From Escherichia coli (GTDB taxonomy: Bacteria > Pseudomonadota > Gammaproteobacteria > Enterobacterales > Enterobacteriaceae), in the NCBI RefSeq assembly GCF_003019035.1, contig NZ_CP027447.1: a stretch of DNA of 64,000 bases. One strand, given 5' to 3'. The stretch's first letter is position 1, and the number at the start of each line of letters is the position of its first letter. Made by a program: the position numbers and the translations under genes. Positions 34,638-45,456 of the stretch are shown here, piece after piece. The notes under the pieces were generated by a model. The model saw only the letters and a list, made by a program, of their open reading frames with translations, made no database searches and was not told where the DNA came from.

Positions 34638-35638
34638 AAACAGAACGTATTCTCGGTGCTCTTTATGGGCAGGCGTTAGGGGATGCGATGGGGATGCCCT
34701 CCGAGCTTTGGCCGCGCAGTCGCGTCAAAGCACACTTTGGCTGGATTGACCGTTTTCTGCCTGGGCCAAAGGAGAATAACGCAGCCTGTTATTTTAACCG
34801 CGCCGAATTCACCGACGATACCTCGATGGCGCTGTGTCTGGCGGATGCGTTACTGGAACGTGAAGGCAAGATCGATCCGGATCTGATTGGGCGTAATATT
34901 CTCGACTGGGCGCTGCGTTTCGACGCCTTTAACAAAAACGTACTAGGTCCGACCTCGAAGATTGCGCTTAACGCCATTCGCGACGGTAAACCCGTTGCTG
35001 AACTGGAAAATAACGGCGTGACCAACGGCGCAGCGATGCGCGTCTCGCCATTAGGTTGTTTGCTTCCGGCGCGCGATATTGACTCTTTTATTGATGATGT
35101 GGCGCTGGCCTCCAGCCCGACACATAAATCCGATCTGGCGGTTGCGGGGGCGGTAGTCATCGCATGGGCGATTTCTCGTGCCATTGACGGAGAAAGCTGG
35201 TCAGCGATTGTTGATTCACTGCCTTCAATTGCGCGACATGCTCAACAAAAACGCATCACTACCTTCAGCGCCTCACTGGCAGCACGTCTGGAGATTGCGC
35301 TGAAAATTGTGCGCAATGCCGATGGCACCGAATCCGCCAGCGAACAGCTTTACCAGGTCGTTGGCGCAGGTACCAGCACTATTGAGTCCGTTCCGTGCGC
35401 CATTGCGCTGGTTGAACTGGCACAAACCGACCCGAACCGTTGCGCCGTCCTGTGCGCTAACCTTGGCGGCGACACAGACACCATCGGTGCTATGGCGACG
35501 GCAATTTGTGGCGCGTTGCATGGCGTTAACGCTATCGATCCTGCGTTAAAGGCGGAACTGGATGCAGTAAATCAGCTTGATTTCAACCGCTATGCCACGG
35601 CGCTGGCGAAATATCGTCAACAACGGGAGGCGGTATGA
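34634..35638 (+). CDS. yegU: ADP-ribosylglycohydrolase family protein YegU
   Basis: 334-aa ORF with 4-nt overlap to yegT; N-terminus ILGALYGQALGDAMGMP is typical of the family. Confidence 0.88.
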   Translation: MKTERILGALYGQALGDAMGMPSELWPRSRVKAHFGWIDRFLPGPKENNAACYFNRAEFTDDTSMALCLADALLEREGKIDPDLIGRNILDWALRFDAFNKNVLGPTSKIALNAIRDGKPVAELENNGVTNGAAMRVSPLGCLLPARDIDSFIDDVALASSPTHKSDLAVAGAVVIAWAISRAIDGESWSAIVDSLPSIARHAQQKRITTFSASLAARLEIALKIVRNADGTESASEQLYQVVGAGTSTIESVPCAIALVELAQTDPNRCAVLCANLGGDTDTIGAMATAICGALHGVNAIDPALKAELDAVNQLDFNRYATALAKYRQQREAV

Positions 35639-36600
35639 GCGGCGCGCGATTACACACGCTGCTGCCTGAATTAACCACGCGTCAGTCGGTGATGGTCGTC
35701 GGCGCGGCGGTCATTGACGTGATCGCCGACGCTTATGCCCTCCCCTGGCGTGGGTGCGATATCGAACTGAAACAGCAGAGCGTTAACGTTGGCGGCTGCG
35801 CACTGAATATTGCCGTGGCGTTAAAGCGCCTCGGCATCGAAGCGGGTAATGCCTTGCCGCTCGGTCAGGGCGTGTGGGCGGAGATTATTCGCAACCGGAT
35901 GGCAAAAGAGGGCTTAATCAGCCTGATCGATAACGCCGAAGGCGATAACGGCTGGTGTCTGGCGCTGGTTGAGCCGGATGGTGAACGCACGTTTATGTCG
36001 TTCAGCGGTGTGGAAAATCAATGGAATCGCCAATGGTTGGCGCGATTAACCGTTGCACCTGGCAGCCTGCTCTATTTTTCCGGTTATCAACTGGCCTCGC
36101 CCTGCGGCGAATTGTTAGTGGAATGGCTGGAAAAGCTGCAAGACGTGACGCCGTTTATCGATTTTGGCCCACGTATTGGCGATATCCCGGATGCATTACT
36201 GGCGCGGATCATGGCCTGTCGACCTTTAGTATCACTCAATCGTCAGGAGGCTGAGATTGCCGCCGAACGTTTTGCTTTATCCGCAGAGATAACAACACTT
36301 GGCAAGCAATGGCAGGAGAAATTTGCCGCGCCGTTGATCATTCGTCTCGATAAAGAGGGCGCATGGTATTTCAGCAACGACGCTTCTGGCTGCATTCCGG
36401 CATTTCCAACGCAAGTTGTAGACACCATTGGGGCGGGCGACAGTCATGCCGGCGGCGTACTTGCCGGGCTGGCCTCTGGTCTGCCACTGGCGGATGCCGT
36501 ATTACTGGGCAATGCAGTGGCGTCGTGGGTTGTCGGGCATCGGGGCGGTGATTGTGCGCCAACGCGCGAGGAACTACTCCTCGCACACAAAAACGTATAG
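35635..36600 (+). CDS. yegV: PfkB-family sugar/nucleoside kinase YegV
   Basis: 321-aa ORF with 4-nt overlap to yegU; C-terminal DTIGAGDSHAGG motif. Confidence 0.88.
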   Translation: MSGARLHTLLPELTTRQSVMVVGAAVIDVIADAYALPWRGCDIELKQQSVNVGGCALNIAVALKRLGIEAGNALPLGQGVWAEIIRNRMAKEGLISLIDNAEGDNGWCLALVEPDGERTFMSFSGVENQWNRQWLARLTVAPGSLLYFSGYQLASPCGELLVEWLEKLQDVTPFIDFGPRIGDIPDALLARIMACRPLVSLNRQEAEIAAERFALSAEITTLGKQWQEKFAAPLIIRLDKEGAWYFSNDASGCIPAFPTQVVDTIGAGDSHAGGVLAGLASGLPLADAVLLGNAVASWVVGHRGGDCAPTREELLLAHKNV

Positions 36601-37320
36601 ATCGCTGCGACAGTGGCTGATGCTGTACTCAATAGGCCGTTGCTGTTGGTCAAGCGCCACTTGCTTGATCACCAGCACCGGTATTTTGCTATCTAACTGA
36701 ATATGTGACTGAAACTCGGCATCCGGCATCCGGGCGCTAACGCGGGAACGCGTACGTTGTGGGTAAATGTGCTGGCTGCGGAAGTAGTCATAAAGAGAAA
36801 TCCCGATGGCATCAACATCATGAATTAAATGTGCCGGAACCCACGATTCCTCAATCGATACCGCTTCTTCATCGACATAGCGAATACGCTTAAGCAAAAA
36901 GACATCACTTCCCGCTTCGACCGCCAGCTGCTGCGCAACTTCTTCGGGACATTTCACGACACGCTTGTTAACCCATAGCGTATCGGGCTTTTTCCCGCGC
37001 AATACCACCTGCTGAGAAAAACCTCGCGCTTCTTTCAACGAGTATTCGAAGATGTTGTTGATCTGCGTACCGTAACCACGCGAACGCGTCACCACGCCCT
37101 CTTCTTCCAGCGCCTGCATCGCCTTGCGCACCGTAATGCGCGAAACGCCGGTTAACTGACTTAAATCACGCTCACCGGGCAAAATATTGCCATGCTCCAG
37201 CACCCCGCTGCGCACGGCATTTTTTACCGTTTCGGCAAACTTAATATAAAGCGGCGTGTTATCCGCCGCTAAAATACGTTCGTTCAGTTGGGCAATCAGC
37301 TGGGTATGCGCTTGTTCCAT
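36574..37320 (-). CDS. yegW: GntR-family transcriptional regulator YegW
   Basis: 248-aa ORF with an N-terminal wHTH (LSQLTGVSRITVRKAMQALEEEGVV); its 3' end overlaps the yegV 3' end by 27 nt. Confidence 0.88.
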   Translation of the reverse strand: MEQAHTQLIAQLNERILAADNTPLYIKFAETVKNAVRSGVLEHGNILPGERDLSQLTGVSRITVRKAMQALEEEGVVTRSRGYGTQINNIFEYSLKEARGFSQQVVLRGKKPDTLWVNKRVVKCPEEVAQQLAVEAGSDVFLLKRIRYVDEEAVSIEESWVPAHLIHDVDAIGISLYDYFRSQHIYPQRTRSRVSARMPDAEFQSHIQLDSKIPVLVIKQVALDQQQRPIEYSISHCRSDLYVFVCEE

Positions 37321-37371
37321 TTGTCTTTTTCCTGCCGGGGAGTCTGGTGGGAGTATATCACTGCTTCTTAT

Positions 37372-38199
37372 TTAAGGCGTTTCTTTAATCCCATCAACGA
37401 ATCCCTGCAACTCCTCCTCTGTGCCATTAAACACATTAAAATCCACCGGACCATTAATGCCATCTACCTGCCCACGGTCGGAATGCTGCCAGAAGCGCCA
37501 GGCCATGCCGTCATTGTCCGGACGACGTTGATAGTAGTGAGCCACCCACCACGGATATTCATTGAAATAGCCCGCCAGATTCGTGTGATAAAAAACGGCT
37601 CCTGAGTAAATAATCGGCTTTTTCCCCGTACTTTTTTCGACCATTTTTAGCCACTGACTTACCCGCTTGCGTAATTCTTTTGCCGATAATTTTCCCCGTT
37701 CTTCTACGTCCAGCACGGCAGGGAAATCGCCTTGTGAGAAATCCACCGTTTGCAGAAATAATCTCGCCTGAACTGAAGCGGATACCGACGGGGAAAAATA
37801 ATGATACGCCCCGCGCAGCAGGCCATTTTCGCGGCTTAGTTGCCAGTTACGCGAAAAATAGGGGTCCACCAGCTTTTCGCCTTCCGTCGCCTTAATAAAA
37901 GCAAACTGTAAGCGGATACCGTTGTCGCGCATTTTTGCCACCCGCTGCCAGTCGATCCGCTCCTGCCAGCGCGAAACATCTATTCCGTGAATGGTGTAAC
38001 TGGCAGGAATGCGAATAGCAAAAGATTTGACTGGACGATAACCGTAGAAGTGGATGTAGTCTTTAATCTGAATTGCTGTCGAGTAGAAAAAATTCACCGT
38101 CTGACGCGGATAAATTGCAACGATGGAAATTAGCCCAAGAGCGCATAATAAAGCGGTGAATTTTTTTCGACTGGTGATTCTCAGCTGCATTGGTTTCAT
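37372..38199 (-). CDS. yegX: GH25 lysozyme-family protein YegX
   Basis: 275-aa ORF with an N-terminal hydrophobic segment; an alternative start 3 codons downstream (MQLRITS) is possible. Confidence 0.82.
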   Translation of the reverse strand: MKPMQLRITSRKKFTALLCALGLISIVAIYPRQTVNFFYSTAIQIKDYIHFYGYRPVKSFAIRIPASYTIHGIDVSRWQERIDWQRVAKMRDNGIRLQFAFIKATEGEKLVDPYFSRNWQLSRENGLLRGAYHYFSPSVSASVQARLFLQTVDFSQGDFPAVLDVEERGKLSAKELRKRVSQWLKMVEKSTGKKPIIYSGAVFYHTNLAGYFNEYPWWVAHYYQRRPDNDGMAWRFWQHSDRGQVDGINGPVDFNVFNGTEEELQGFVDGIKETP

Positions 38200-38254
38200 C
38201 CCTGAATGTCAGCGCCAAAGACTGACAATAACCAAAGCAGCTATAGTAAGGTGC

Positions 38255-39055
38255 TCACCACCACGCGTGGAAGTGGTGAACCGGACCAATACCGTGACCA
38301 ACTTCCAGCGTGTCGGCCTGGGCTAACGCCGATGAAAGCCAGCTTTTTGCCTCCTGTACGGTGTCAGCCCAGTTTGTATGGCGCGGGCGTAGTGCAGCCA
38401 ACGCCGCAGAGAGCGTACAACCAGTGCCGTGGGTGTTTTTGGTCATAATGCGCGGTGCAGTAAATCGTTGTTCCCCCTCACGAGTAAACAGCCAGTCCGG
38501 GCTTTGCTCATCATCCAGATGACCACCTTTCATTAGCACTGCGCCACAGCCCATCGCCAACAGCGATCGCCCTTGTTCCAGCATTTCCTGTTCGGTGCGC
38601 GCGTGTGGCGCGTCGAGCAAGGCGGCTGCTTCGGGCAAGTTTGGCGTTATTAATGAAACATGTGGCAATAATCGACTGCGTAGCGTGGCAACTGCCGAAG
38701 GTGAAAGCAGCGGGTCGCCGCTTTTTGCCAGCATAACGGTGTCGAGTACCACGTTTTGGATCTGATAACGTTGCAACCGTTCTGCCACCGCTTCAACAAT
38801 ATCGGTTTCCGCCAGCATACCGATTTTAGTGGTATCGATTCGCACATCGCTGAACACCGAATCGAGCTGGGCGGCGACAAAATCAGGCTCAATGCGATAC
38901 ACCAACTGTACGCCACGGGTATTTTGCGCCACCAGTGCAGTAATCACTGAGCAACCATAAGCGCCAAGTGCCGAGAAGGTTTTAAGATCGGCCTGAATCC
39001 CCGCACCACCACTCGGATCAGTACCGGCAATCGTCAGAGCGTTAATTCGTTTCAT
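38255..39055 (-). CDS. thiD: Hydroxymethylpyrimidine / phosphomethylpyrimidine kinase
   Basis: 266 aa starting [25 protein letters not shown]; overlaps thiM by 4 nt. Confidence 0.92.
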   Translation of the reverse strand: MKRINALTIAGTDPSGGAGIQADLKTFSALGAYGCSVITALVAQNTRGVQLVYRIEPDFVAAQLDSVFSDVRIDTTKIGMLAETDIVEAVAERLQRYQIQNVVLDTVMLAKSGDPLLSPSAVATLRSRLLPHVSLITPNLPEAAALLDAPHARTEQEMLEQGRSLLAMGCGAVLMKGGHLDDEQSPDWLFTREGEQRFTAPRIMTKNTHGTGCTLSAALAALRPRHTNWADTVQEAKSWLSSALAQADTLEVGHGIGPVHHFHAWW

Positions 39056-39840
39056 GCCTGCACCTCCTGCGTCAATTGCCAGAGCGCATCAAGGAAATGT
39101 GGAACAAAACTGCCTGGCCCCTCGCTTCTGGCGACTGCGCGTTCTCCAGCTTGTTTCATCCAGTGACAGGCAAATGCGATATTTTCCAGCGTATCGCCTG
39201 GTAGCGCACAACAGGCAGCGACAACCGCCGATAGTGCACAGCCAGTTCCTACCACTTTGGTCATTAACGGATCGCCACCGTGAATGCCAATGATACGATG
39301 TCCATCGGTAACATAATCCACCTCGCCAGTGACCACGACAATTGCGCCAGTTTCCCGTGCCAGTGTTTGTGCAGCAGGTATCGCGTTAGCTGCGGCATCA
39401 GTGGTATCCACTCCCCGTCCACCATTAGCAACGCCAGCTAATGCCATGATTTCCGAAGCATTACCACGTATGGCGGTTGGCTTATGGGACAGAAGTTCCA
39501 CACAAAAACGGCGGCGATAATCGAGCGCACCAACCGCAACCGGATCAAGCGTCCAGGGCATTTGTGATCGTGTTGCTTGCTCAACGGCAGCACTCATCGC
39601 TTGCGCTCGTGGCTGCGTCAGCGTGCCAACGTTAATCAACAAGGCACTGGCGATAGCCGCAAACTGACTGGCCTCTTCGGTTTCGATAACCATTGCTGGC
39701 GATGCACCGAGCGCCAGCAAGGTATTGGCAGTAAAGGTTTGCACCACATCGTTGGTCATACAGTGCACAAGAGGGGAATGTTGGTGAAAAAGGTGTAACG
39801 CGTGCGCAGATTGCGCTGAACTCAGCAGGTCGACTTGCAT
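39052..39840 (-). CDS. thiM: Hydroxyethylthiazole kinase
   Basis: 262-aa ORF immediately downstream of a thi-box leader. Confidence 0.92.
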   Translation of the reverse strand: MQVDLLSSAQSAHALHLFHQHSPLVHCMTNDVVQTFTANTLLALGASPAMVIETEEASQFAAIASALLINVGTLTQPRAQAMSAAVEQATRSQMPWTLDPVAVGALDYRRRFCVELLSHKPTAIRGNASEIMALAGVANGGRGVDTTDAAANAIPAAQTLARETGAIVVVTGEVDYVTDGHRIIGIHGGDPLMTKVVGTGCALSAVVAACCALPGDTLENIAFACHWMKQAGERAVARSEGPGSFVPHFLDALWQLTQEVQA

Positions 39841-39980
39841 AGTTTGCTCCTGCCATAACGTGAAGAAGCAATGACCTGGTGGTCCGTGACTTCCCTACGC
39901 TGGCATTATCCAGATCAGGTGATACGGGTATTTCTCAGCCTTTACGCAGAAGGGCACCCCGAGTCGTTTGGTTGCGATAA
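39841..39980 (-). ncRNA. TPP (thi-box) riboswitch in thiM leader
   Basis: Minus strand contains GGGGTGCCCTTCTGCGTAAAGGCTGAGAAATACCCGTATCACCTGATCTGGATAATGCCAGCGTAGGGAA, the conserved TPP aptamer with its CUGAGA motif. Confidence 0.9.
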
Positions 39981-40062
39981 TAAATCGCAGAGGAGGATGG
40001 TAATGTCCAGCGCACGCGTTGTAAACGGGGAAAAACGGCGGTATTACAATAACGTTGTGAAA

Positions 40063-40335
40063 TTATTTGATATAAGAATCCAGCACCTTCAGAACGACAT
40101 CCAGATCTTCTTCACGTTTTAGCTCATCCCCCTGGTGAACGATGTGTTCCGTCAGATGGCCTTTAATCACTTCCCGCATCAGACCGTTTACCGCGCCACG
40201 GATAGCAGCAATCTGTTGTAAAACTGCAGCGCATTCATGCGGTTCGTCGAGCATTTTCTTGAGCGCCACGACCTGGCCCTGAATCTTACTGGCACGCGCT
40301 TTCAGTTTCTGTTTATCACGGATGGTATGAGACAT
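40063..40335 (-). CDS. rcnR: Ni/Co-responsive repressor RcnR (CsoR/RcnR family)
   Basis: 90-aa ORF divergent from rcnA. Confidence 0.9.
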
Positions 40336-40383
40336 GGCAACACCTGGTTAACAAGAATATGAAAAATCATAGCACTATTAATC

Positions 40384-40418
40384 TACTGGGGGGTAGTATC
40401 AGGTACTGGGGGGGAGTA
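40384..40418. promoter_or_regulatory. RcnR operator: tandem TACT-G6/7-AGTA sites
   Basis: TACTGGGGGGTAGTA and TACTGGGGGGGAGTA seen directly in the rcnR-rcnA divergent spacer. Confidence 0.8.
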
Positions 40419-40455
40419 GAATCAGATTGCCGAATTAATACTAAGAATTATTATC

Positions 40456-41280
40456 ATGACCGAATTTACAACACTTCTTCAGCAAGGAAACGCCTGGTTC
40501 TTCATCCCCAGCGCCATCTTACTTGGTGCGCTTCATGGCCTGGAACCGGGGCACTCAAAAACGATGATGGCGGCGTTTATCATCGCCATCAAAGGCACCA
40601 TTAAACAGGCGGTGATGCTCGGACTGGCAGCAACCATTTCGCATACCGCAGTGGTCTGGTTAATTGCCTTTGGCGGGATGGTGATCAGCAAACGCTTTAC
40701 TGCTCAATCAGCAGAACCGTGGCTCCAGTTGATTTCCGCAGTGATCATTATTAGCACCGCGTTCTGGATGTTCTGGCGTACCTGGCGCGGCGAACGCAAC
40801 TGGCTGGAGAATATGCACGAGCATGATCATGAGCATCATCACCACGATCACGAAGATCACCACGACCATGGACATCATCACCATCACGAACATGGCGAGT
40901 ATCAGGATGCCCATGCACGAGCCCATGCCAATGACATTAAACGACGCTTTGATGGTAGAGAGGTCACCAACTGGCAAATTTTGCTATTTGGCTTAACCGG
41001 TGGCCTTATCCCCTGCCCGGCAGCAATTACCGTGCTGTTGATTTGCATTCAGTTGAAAGCCCTGACACTGGGCGCAACACTGGTCGTCAGTTTCAGCCTC
41101 GGCCTGGCGTTAACGCTTGTCACCGTAGGCGTTGGCGCAGCAATCAGCGTTCAGCAGGTCGCAAAACGCTGGAGCGGATTTAACACTCTCGCTAAACGCG
41201 CTCCCTATTTTTCCAGTCTGTTGATTGGCTTAGTTGGTGTGTATATGGGCGTACATGGCTTCATGGGCATAATGCGATAA
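40456..41280 (+). CDS. rcnA: Nickel/cobalt efflux protein RcnA
   Basis: 274-aa membrane protein with a His-rich loop (HEHDHEHHHHDHEDHHDHGHHHHHEH). Confidence 0.92.
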   Translation: MTEFTTLLQQGNAWFFIPSAILLGALHGLEPGHSKTMMAAFIIAIKGTIKQAVMLGLAATISHTAVVWLIAFGGMVISKRFTAQSAEPWLQLISAVIIISTAFWMFWRTWRGERNWLENMHEHDHEHHHHDHEDHHDHGHHHHHEHGEYQDAHARAHANDIKRRFDGREVTNWQILLFGLTGGLIPCPAAITVLLICIQLKALTLGATLVVSFSLGLALTLVTVGVGAAISVQQVAKRWSGFNTLAKRAPYFSSLLIGLVGVYMGVHGFMGIMR

Positions 41281-41490
41281 CTCAATCCTTTAGGCTTGCA
41301 TGTTATCTTCAGGATTCTTAAATCAGCTATTTCCGCTGACTCTCTGCTCGCTAAGGATGCTTTTAGGGCATCCTTTCATTTACACTTTTTACGAAATCAT
41401 GGGATCACTAACAAAATATCGCTTGTCAGTTATATTGTATGGCAGGAAAGATATGCGACTGATATTACAGATCCCCAAAGTGGAGAGTTT

Positions 41491-41829
41491 ATGACCATTA
41501 AAAATAAGATGTTGCTGGGTGCGCTTTTGCTGGTTACCAGTGCCGCCTGGGCCGCACCAGCCACCGCGGGTTCGACCAATACCTCGGGAATTTCTAAGTA
41601 TGAGTTAAGCAGTTTCATTGCTGACTTTAAGCATTTCAAACCAGGTGACACCGTACCAGAAATGTACCGTACCGATGAGTACAACATTAAGCAGTGGCAG
41701 TTACGTAACCTGCCCGCGCCTGATGCCGGGACGCACTGGACCTATATGGGTGGCGCGTACGTGTTGATCAGCGACACCGACGGTAAAATCATTAAAGCCT
41801 ACGACGGTGAGATTTTTTATCATCGCTAA
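41491..41829 (+). CDS. rcnB: Periplasmic Ni/Co homeostasis protein RcnB
   Basis: 112 aa from the ATG at 41491 with a signal peptide (MTIKNKMLLGALLLVTSAAWA). The ORF-track start at 41296 is an upstream extension. Confidence 0.88.
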   Translation: MTIKNKMLLGALLLVTSAAWAAPATAGSTNTSGISKYELSSFIADFKHFKPGDTVPEMYRTDEYNIKQWQLRNLPAPDAGTHWTYMGGAYVLISDTDGKIIKAYDGEIFYHR

Positions 41830-41857
41830 AAAAAGCCCCCTCGGAGAGAGGGGGAAA
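41828..41857. terminator. Hairpin terminator between convergent rcnB and yehA
   Basis: A-run, then CCCCCTC-GGAGA-GAGGGGG hairpin; the T-run on the minus strand makes it most effective for the yeh operon. Confidence 0.65.
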
Positions 41858-41910
41858 TGCAAACACCTTGTTATTTTTTATTATTAGCCACTTGCTCGTC
41901 TTGCTTATTA

Positions 41911-42945
41911 TTAGTCGTATTTCACATTGATTAATGCGGTTGCCTCCAGTGCGCCAGATTTAACTTTGTTTGTATCGTAAACGTAGTAACTGGCCGTTAT
42001 CGGAATTGAAACCGTTGTATCTGTAAGTTTTGACTTTGCCGCAATTTCTTTTAAATTTGTATATCCTTTACTGCTGTTAGTGATATTTAAAAGTGTGACT
42101 GGCGTACCATTACTTTCAAGAATAAATCCTACGCCATTATCTTCCGCACCTTTCAGGATCGTGTTGCTGTTGGTTAACAAGTCAGAACTTGATAAATACA
42201 CCTGCATTTTCCGTGATGTTTGATTTTGTTGACCTAATAAGTTTTTACAACGCAGAACAATATCCCCTTTGTTACTATTTATTGTTGCTTTGTTACCTGT
42301 AGCTGGTAATTGTGAAACGGGAATACTCTCTAAAGTAATTAATAAATCGTCCGGTTTGCAGGTTGTGGTTATCGGGTTGTATGACAATGTCAGATTAAAG
42401 GAATAGACACCTGCATTTTGTGCCAATGCATTTCTGTAGCTATTTACACATGCATCCCATGACTTACCACCTAATAAACACAGTAGAAATTGTACTGCGG
42501 CACTCCCGCGTGTCGATGATGAAGCACTGGATAATGTCGCAACTCCATTAATCATCACTGAACCACCGCCTCCCGCAGAAACATTCACTTTTGCATTACT
42601 GGCCGCAGGTGTCACCGTTACCGAATAACCACTGGTGAAACTGGTCTGATTATTTGACAACGTAATGTTGTTTTTATTGGTCCATTCAAAATGTAAATTT
42701 AATTTAATGGTATCGTTATAAAGTCCAACAATAATATCCGACGGGCTCATAGGGGTGATAGTATTTGTACTCACGCATGACGAATCATTAAAATTATGCT
42801 CATATGTCGCCATTTGTGTTTGAGTAAGTGAAAAATCCCCCTGAACAACCAAATTGTGCTGAACAGATAACTCACTATAACATGCCGCATAGCTCACAGG
42901 CATAACCATCATCATTACTATAAATAGCATTATGCGAATTTCCAT
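41911..42945 (-). CDS. yehA: Fimbrial adhesin-like subunit YehA
   Basis: 344-aa ORF with a signal peptide, low GC, last gene of a chaperone-usher operon. Confidence 0.85.
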   Translation of the reverse strand: MEIRIMLFIVMMMVMPVSYAACYSELSVQHNLVVQGDFSLTQTQMATYEHNFNDSSCVSTNTITPMSPSDIIVGLYNDTIKLNLHFEWTNKNNITLSNNQTSFTSGYSVTVTPAASNAKVNVSAGGGGSVMINGVATLSSASSSTRGSAAVQFLLCLLGGKSWDACVNSYRNALAQNAGVYSFNLTLSYNPITTTCKPDDLLITLESIPVSQLPATGNKATINSNKGDIVLRCKNLLGQQNQTSRKMQVYLSSSDLLTNSNTILKGAEDNGVGFILESNGTPVTLLNITNSSKGYTNLKEIAAKSKLTDTTVSIPITASYYVYDTNKVKSGALEATALINVKYD

Positions 42946-42960
42946 AGAACCACCTGACTA

Positions 42961-45456
42961 TTACTGGCAAATATAATTTCTACTTTCATCAATCTCTTTA
43001 CCGAAGGTGATTGTGCATGAAAGCCCTTGTTGCTTATCAATTGCCACATTAACCGATGGCGGTACTTCATTGGTGCGAATAAATAACTGGCTTCCCTGGC
43101 CGACAACACCAATATTATGACCATGGATATCATTGACTTCATAACCAAACGTTAATGGTTGCCCATCCGCTCTTAACGCTTTTATAAACCATGGCTTGCG
43201 CTGATCGGTATCAAAATTAACCAGTACAACCGCGCCGCGATAAGGGGCGGCAATTTTCCGGTTGCCACGTAATTCTGCTTCGCTATCGCTTTGTGACACA
43301 TCCAACATCAGGTAATTTTCCCGATAAGGTGTCATTCCGTCATATACCACCACTCCATTACGGTTTGTTGTGTGATATTTTTGCCCATTGACATAAGCAT
43401 CTTTAATTCCTGGCGCATTCATCACAGCAAACGTTTCAGAAAGACGGTTTGCCAGATTAACGCCACCCGACCAGGCGACAATGCCCCCTGAAACACTGGC
43501 TCCAGCCTGTCGATAAGCACTCGACTGACTATAACTGCCATTCACTGTCGCAACCGGCGCGTTCCAGGTTAAATTCGCCCCAGCTGTCGTTTCATTTCCC
43601 TGATACTGATAACTCAGGTTGACCCCATAGTTAAACTGATCCCGGCTTCCAACGGTTCCTGATAATCCCGTATTATTTGAGGCAACCCCCTGATCATCAA
43701 ACGTCGTTGAGTTAGACATATATATTTGCCGACGAGGCGTCGTAACGTCATCACCCCAATCAAAGGGAATCGATATAAAAATATTAAAACGTTTCTCTTC
43801 ATGATGATTCTCGTCATAAGCCTGGCTTGCCGCGAGGGTATAGCTTATCCGTCGTAGGTTGTTGGAATAACTCAACTGATAATCCTTACTACTGCCGCTA
43901 CGCCCCCAGTAATCTCGCCATAACGTACTTAATGACACAGAACCCCAGCCTTCTGGCAATGACTGGCTCATATTAGCAGAAAAGCTATTTTTACGGCCAA
44001 AATCGTTCTGGTAATAATCGGCAATGTCATAGATATCGTTTTCATCACGGCGATAATTATCTTTATTGTTTGCCCAAACGTGATCGTTAAATGTCCGGTA
44101 ATCACGCGACGAATAACGCCAGGCCGCCAGACCAAAACGCGTCGACGTTTGGCTCACAAATTTGTTGTAGGCAATTTGATAACTTTGCCCGTCAAACACA
44201 TCGCCGTTGTCTTGTTTACTATGCGACTTCGTGGCATCGACGGAAATGGCACCAATGCGTGTATTCCAGCCAGTCCCCAAAGTGAACGCGTAATAATTAT
44301 TCGCGACCATCGATCCGCCATACAGCGTCAATAAGTTATTAAAACCATACTGATAACCCGCCTGAACAAAATCACTTTGTTTGCTCGCCCCTTCAATATG
44401 GCTACGACCTGCCGCAAAATCATATTTCGACACGCCGGGTTGCAGCATATTCGGCACTGCTGCATAAGGCACCAGATAGGTGGTTACCGAACCGTCCGCC
44501 TCTTTCACGCTGACATCAAGATCTGCTCCACCACCGGCCAACTGCAAATCTGTAATCGCAAACGGGCCAGGAGGAACCTCTTTCTGATAAACCACAAAAC
44601 CGTTCTGTTCAATAGTTACCAGCGCGTTACTCTGAGCAATCCCCTGCACCCGTGGCGTAAAATTCTGTTTCGAGTTAGGCAACATCTGCATATCACGAAA
44701 CAACCGCACACCGCTGAAGCGAACAGAATCAAAAATATCGCTTGATGTGTACATATCACCCACGCGAAGCGTGCCGAGAAGTTGGGCAAATCCACGTTCC
44801 AGATACAGGGTATTGCTTTTCCACACCCCTGGATTGCTATTTGTTTTACTGAAACTGGCATCAGAATGCAGTTGCCACCCCAGTAAGTTTAACCCGCTGT
44901 TAAAACGTACATATGTACTCTTGCTATTACCCGACGCTTTATAGTCGCTGTAATACTGACTCACATAATAAGAGGTATAAAACGCATTAATACCCCGCTC
45001 CCAGTTTTCCGGTGGAACATAGCCACTTTCCAGTTCTTCCACCCACGCCTGCGGGACACTGAAATCGAGACGAAAAACTCCGATATCCCAGGTATAGCTC
45101 CCACCCTGAACAAGTTGCTCAAATGTTAAACATTGCTTACCGCTGGCAAAGTTATCGGTATTAATGCCTAACCGCTTGATAATTTCCCTTGATAAACATG
45201 TTTCTTGCGGGTTGTCTTTAACAATAATCTCATATTTCCCGCGCCATTGCTTATTGACATAAATATCGATGTCATACTGCCCCGGCAAGGGTTGATTATC
45301 ATCAAGACGAATATTTGCAACCTGCTGGTCTTTCATTCCACCTATCATAAAATGGGTATCAAAGGTTTCTTCAGCTGCATAAGCTTCAATGCCGAGCAAT
45401 AACGCTACGATTGCTGATGCAAGTGGGGTCATTCTCAACATAGGCAGCTCCTGCAA
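42961..45456 (-). CDS. yehB: Fimbrial outer-membrane usher YehB
   Basis: 831-aa ORF, usher-sized, Tyr/Gly/Asn-rich beta-barrel composition. The true start may be an internal Met 5 codons in. Confidence 0.88.
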   Translation of the reverse strand: MQELPMLRMTPLASAIVALLLGIEAYAAEETFDTHFMIGGMKDQQVANIRLDDNQPLPGQYDIDIYVNKQWRGKYEIIVKDNPQETCLSREIIKRLGINTDNFASGKQCLTFEQLVQGGSYTWDIGVFRLDFSVPQAWVEELESGYVPPENWERGINAFYTSYYVSQYYSDYKASGNSKSTYVRFNSGLNLLGWQLHSDASFSKTNSNPGVWKSNTLYLERGFAQLLGTLRVGDMYTSSDIFDSVRFSGVRLFRDMQMLPNSKQNFTPRVQGIAQSNALVTIEQNGFVVYQKEVPPGPFAITDLQLAGGGADLDVSVKEADGSVTTYLVPYAAVPNMLQPGVSKYDFAAGRSHIEGASKQSDFVQAGYQYGFNNLLTLYGGSMVANNYYAFTLGTGWNTRIGAISVDATKSHSKQDNGDVFDGQSYQIAYNKFVSQTSTRFGLAAWRYSSRDYRTFNDHVWANNKDNYRRDENDIYDIADYYQNDFGRKNSFSANMSQSLPEGWGSVSLSTLWRDYWGRSGSSKDYQLSYSNNLRRISYTLAASQAYDENHHEEKRFNIFISIPFDWGDDVTTPRRQIYMSNSTTFDDQGVASNNTGLSGTVGSRDQFNYGVNLSYQYQGNETTAGANLTWNAPVATVNGSYSQSSAYRQAGASVSGGIVAWSGGVNLANRLSETFAVMNAPGIKDAYVNGQKYHTTNRNGVVVYDGMTPYRENYLMLDVSQSDSEAELRGNRKIAAPYRGAVVLVNFDTDQRKPWFIKALRADGQPLTFGYEVNDIHGHNIGVVGQGSQLFIRTNEVPPSVNVAIDKQQGLSCTITFGKEIDESRNYICQ

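Noticed and set aside
36363-36700. Cluster of short overlapping ORFs at the yegV/yegW junction
   Set aside because: Alternative-frame readings of the GC-rich 3' ends of two real convergent genes.
40708-40977. 89-aa minus-strand ORF rich in Met/Val/Ile
   Set aside because: Antisense reading of the CAT/CAC-rich His-loop codons of rcnA; artefact of codon repetition.
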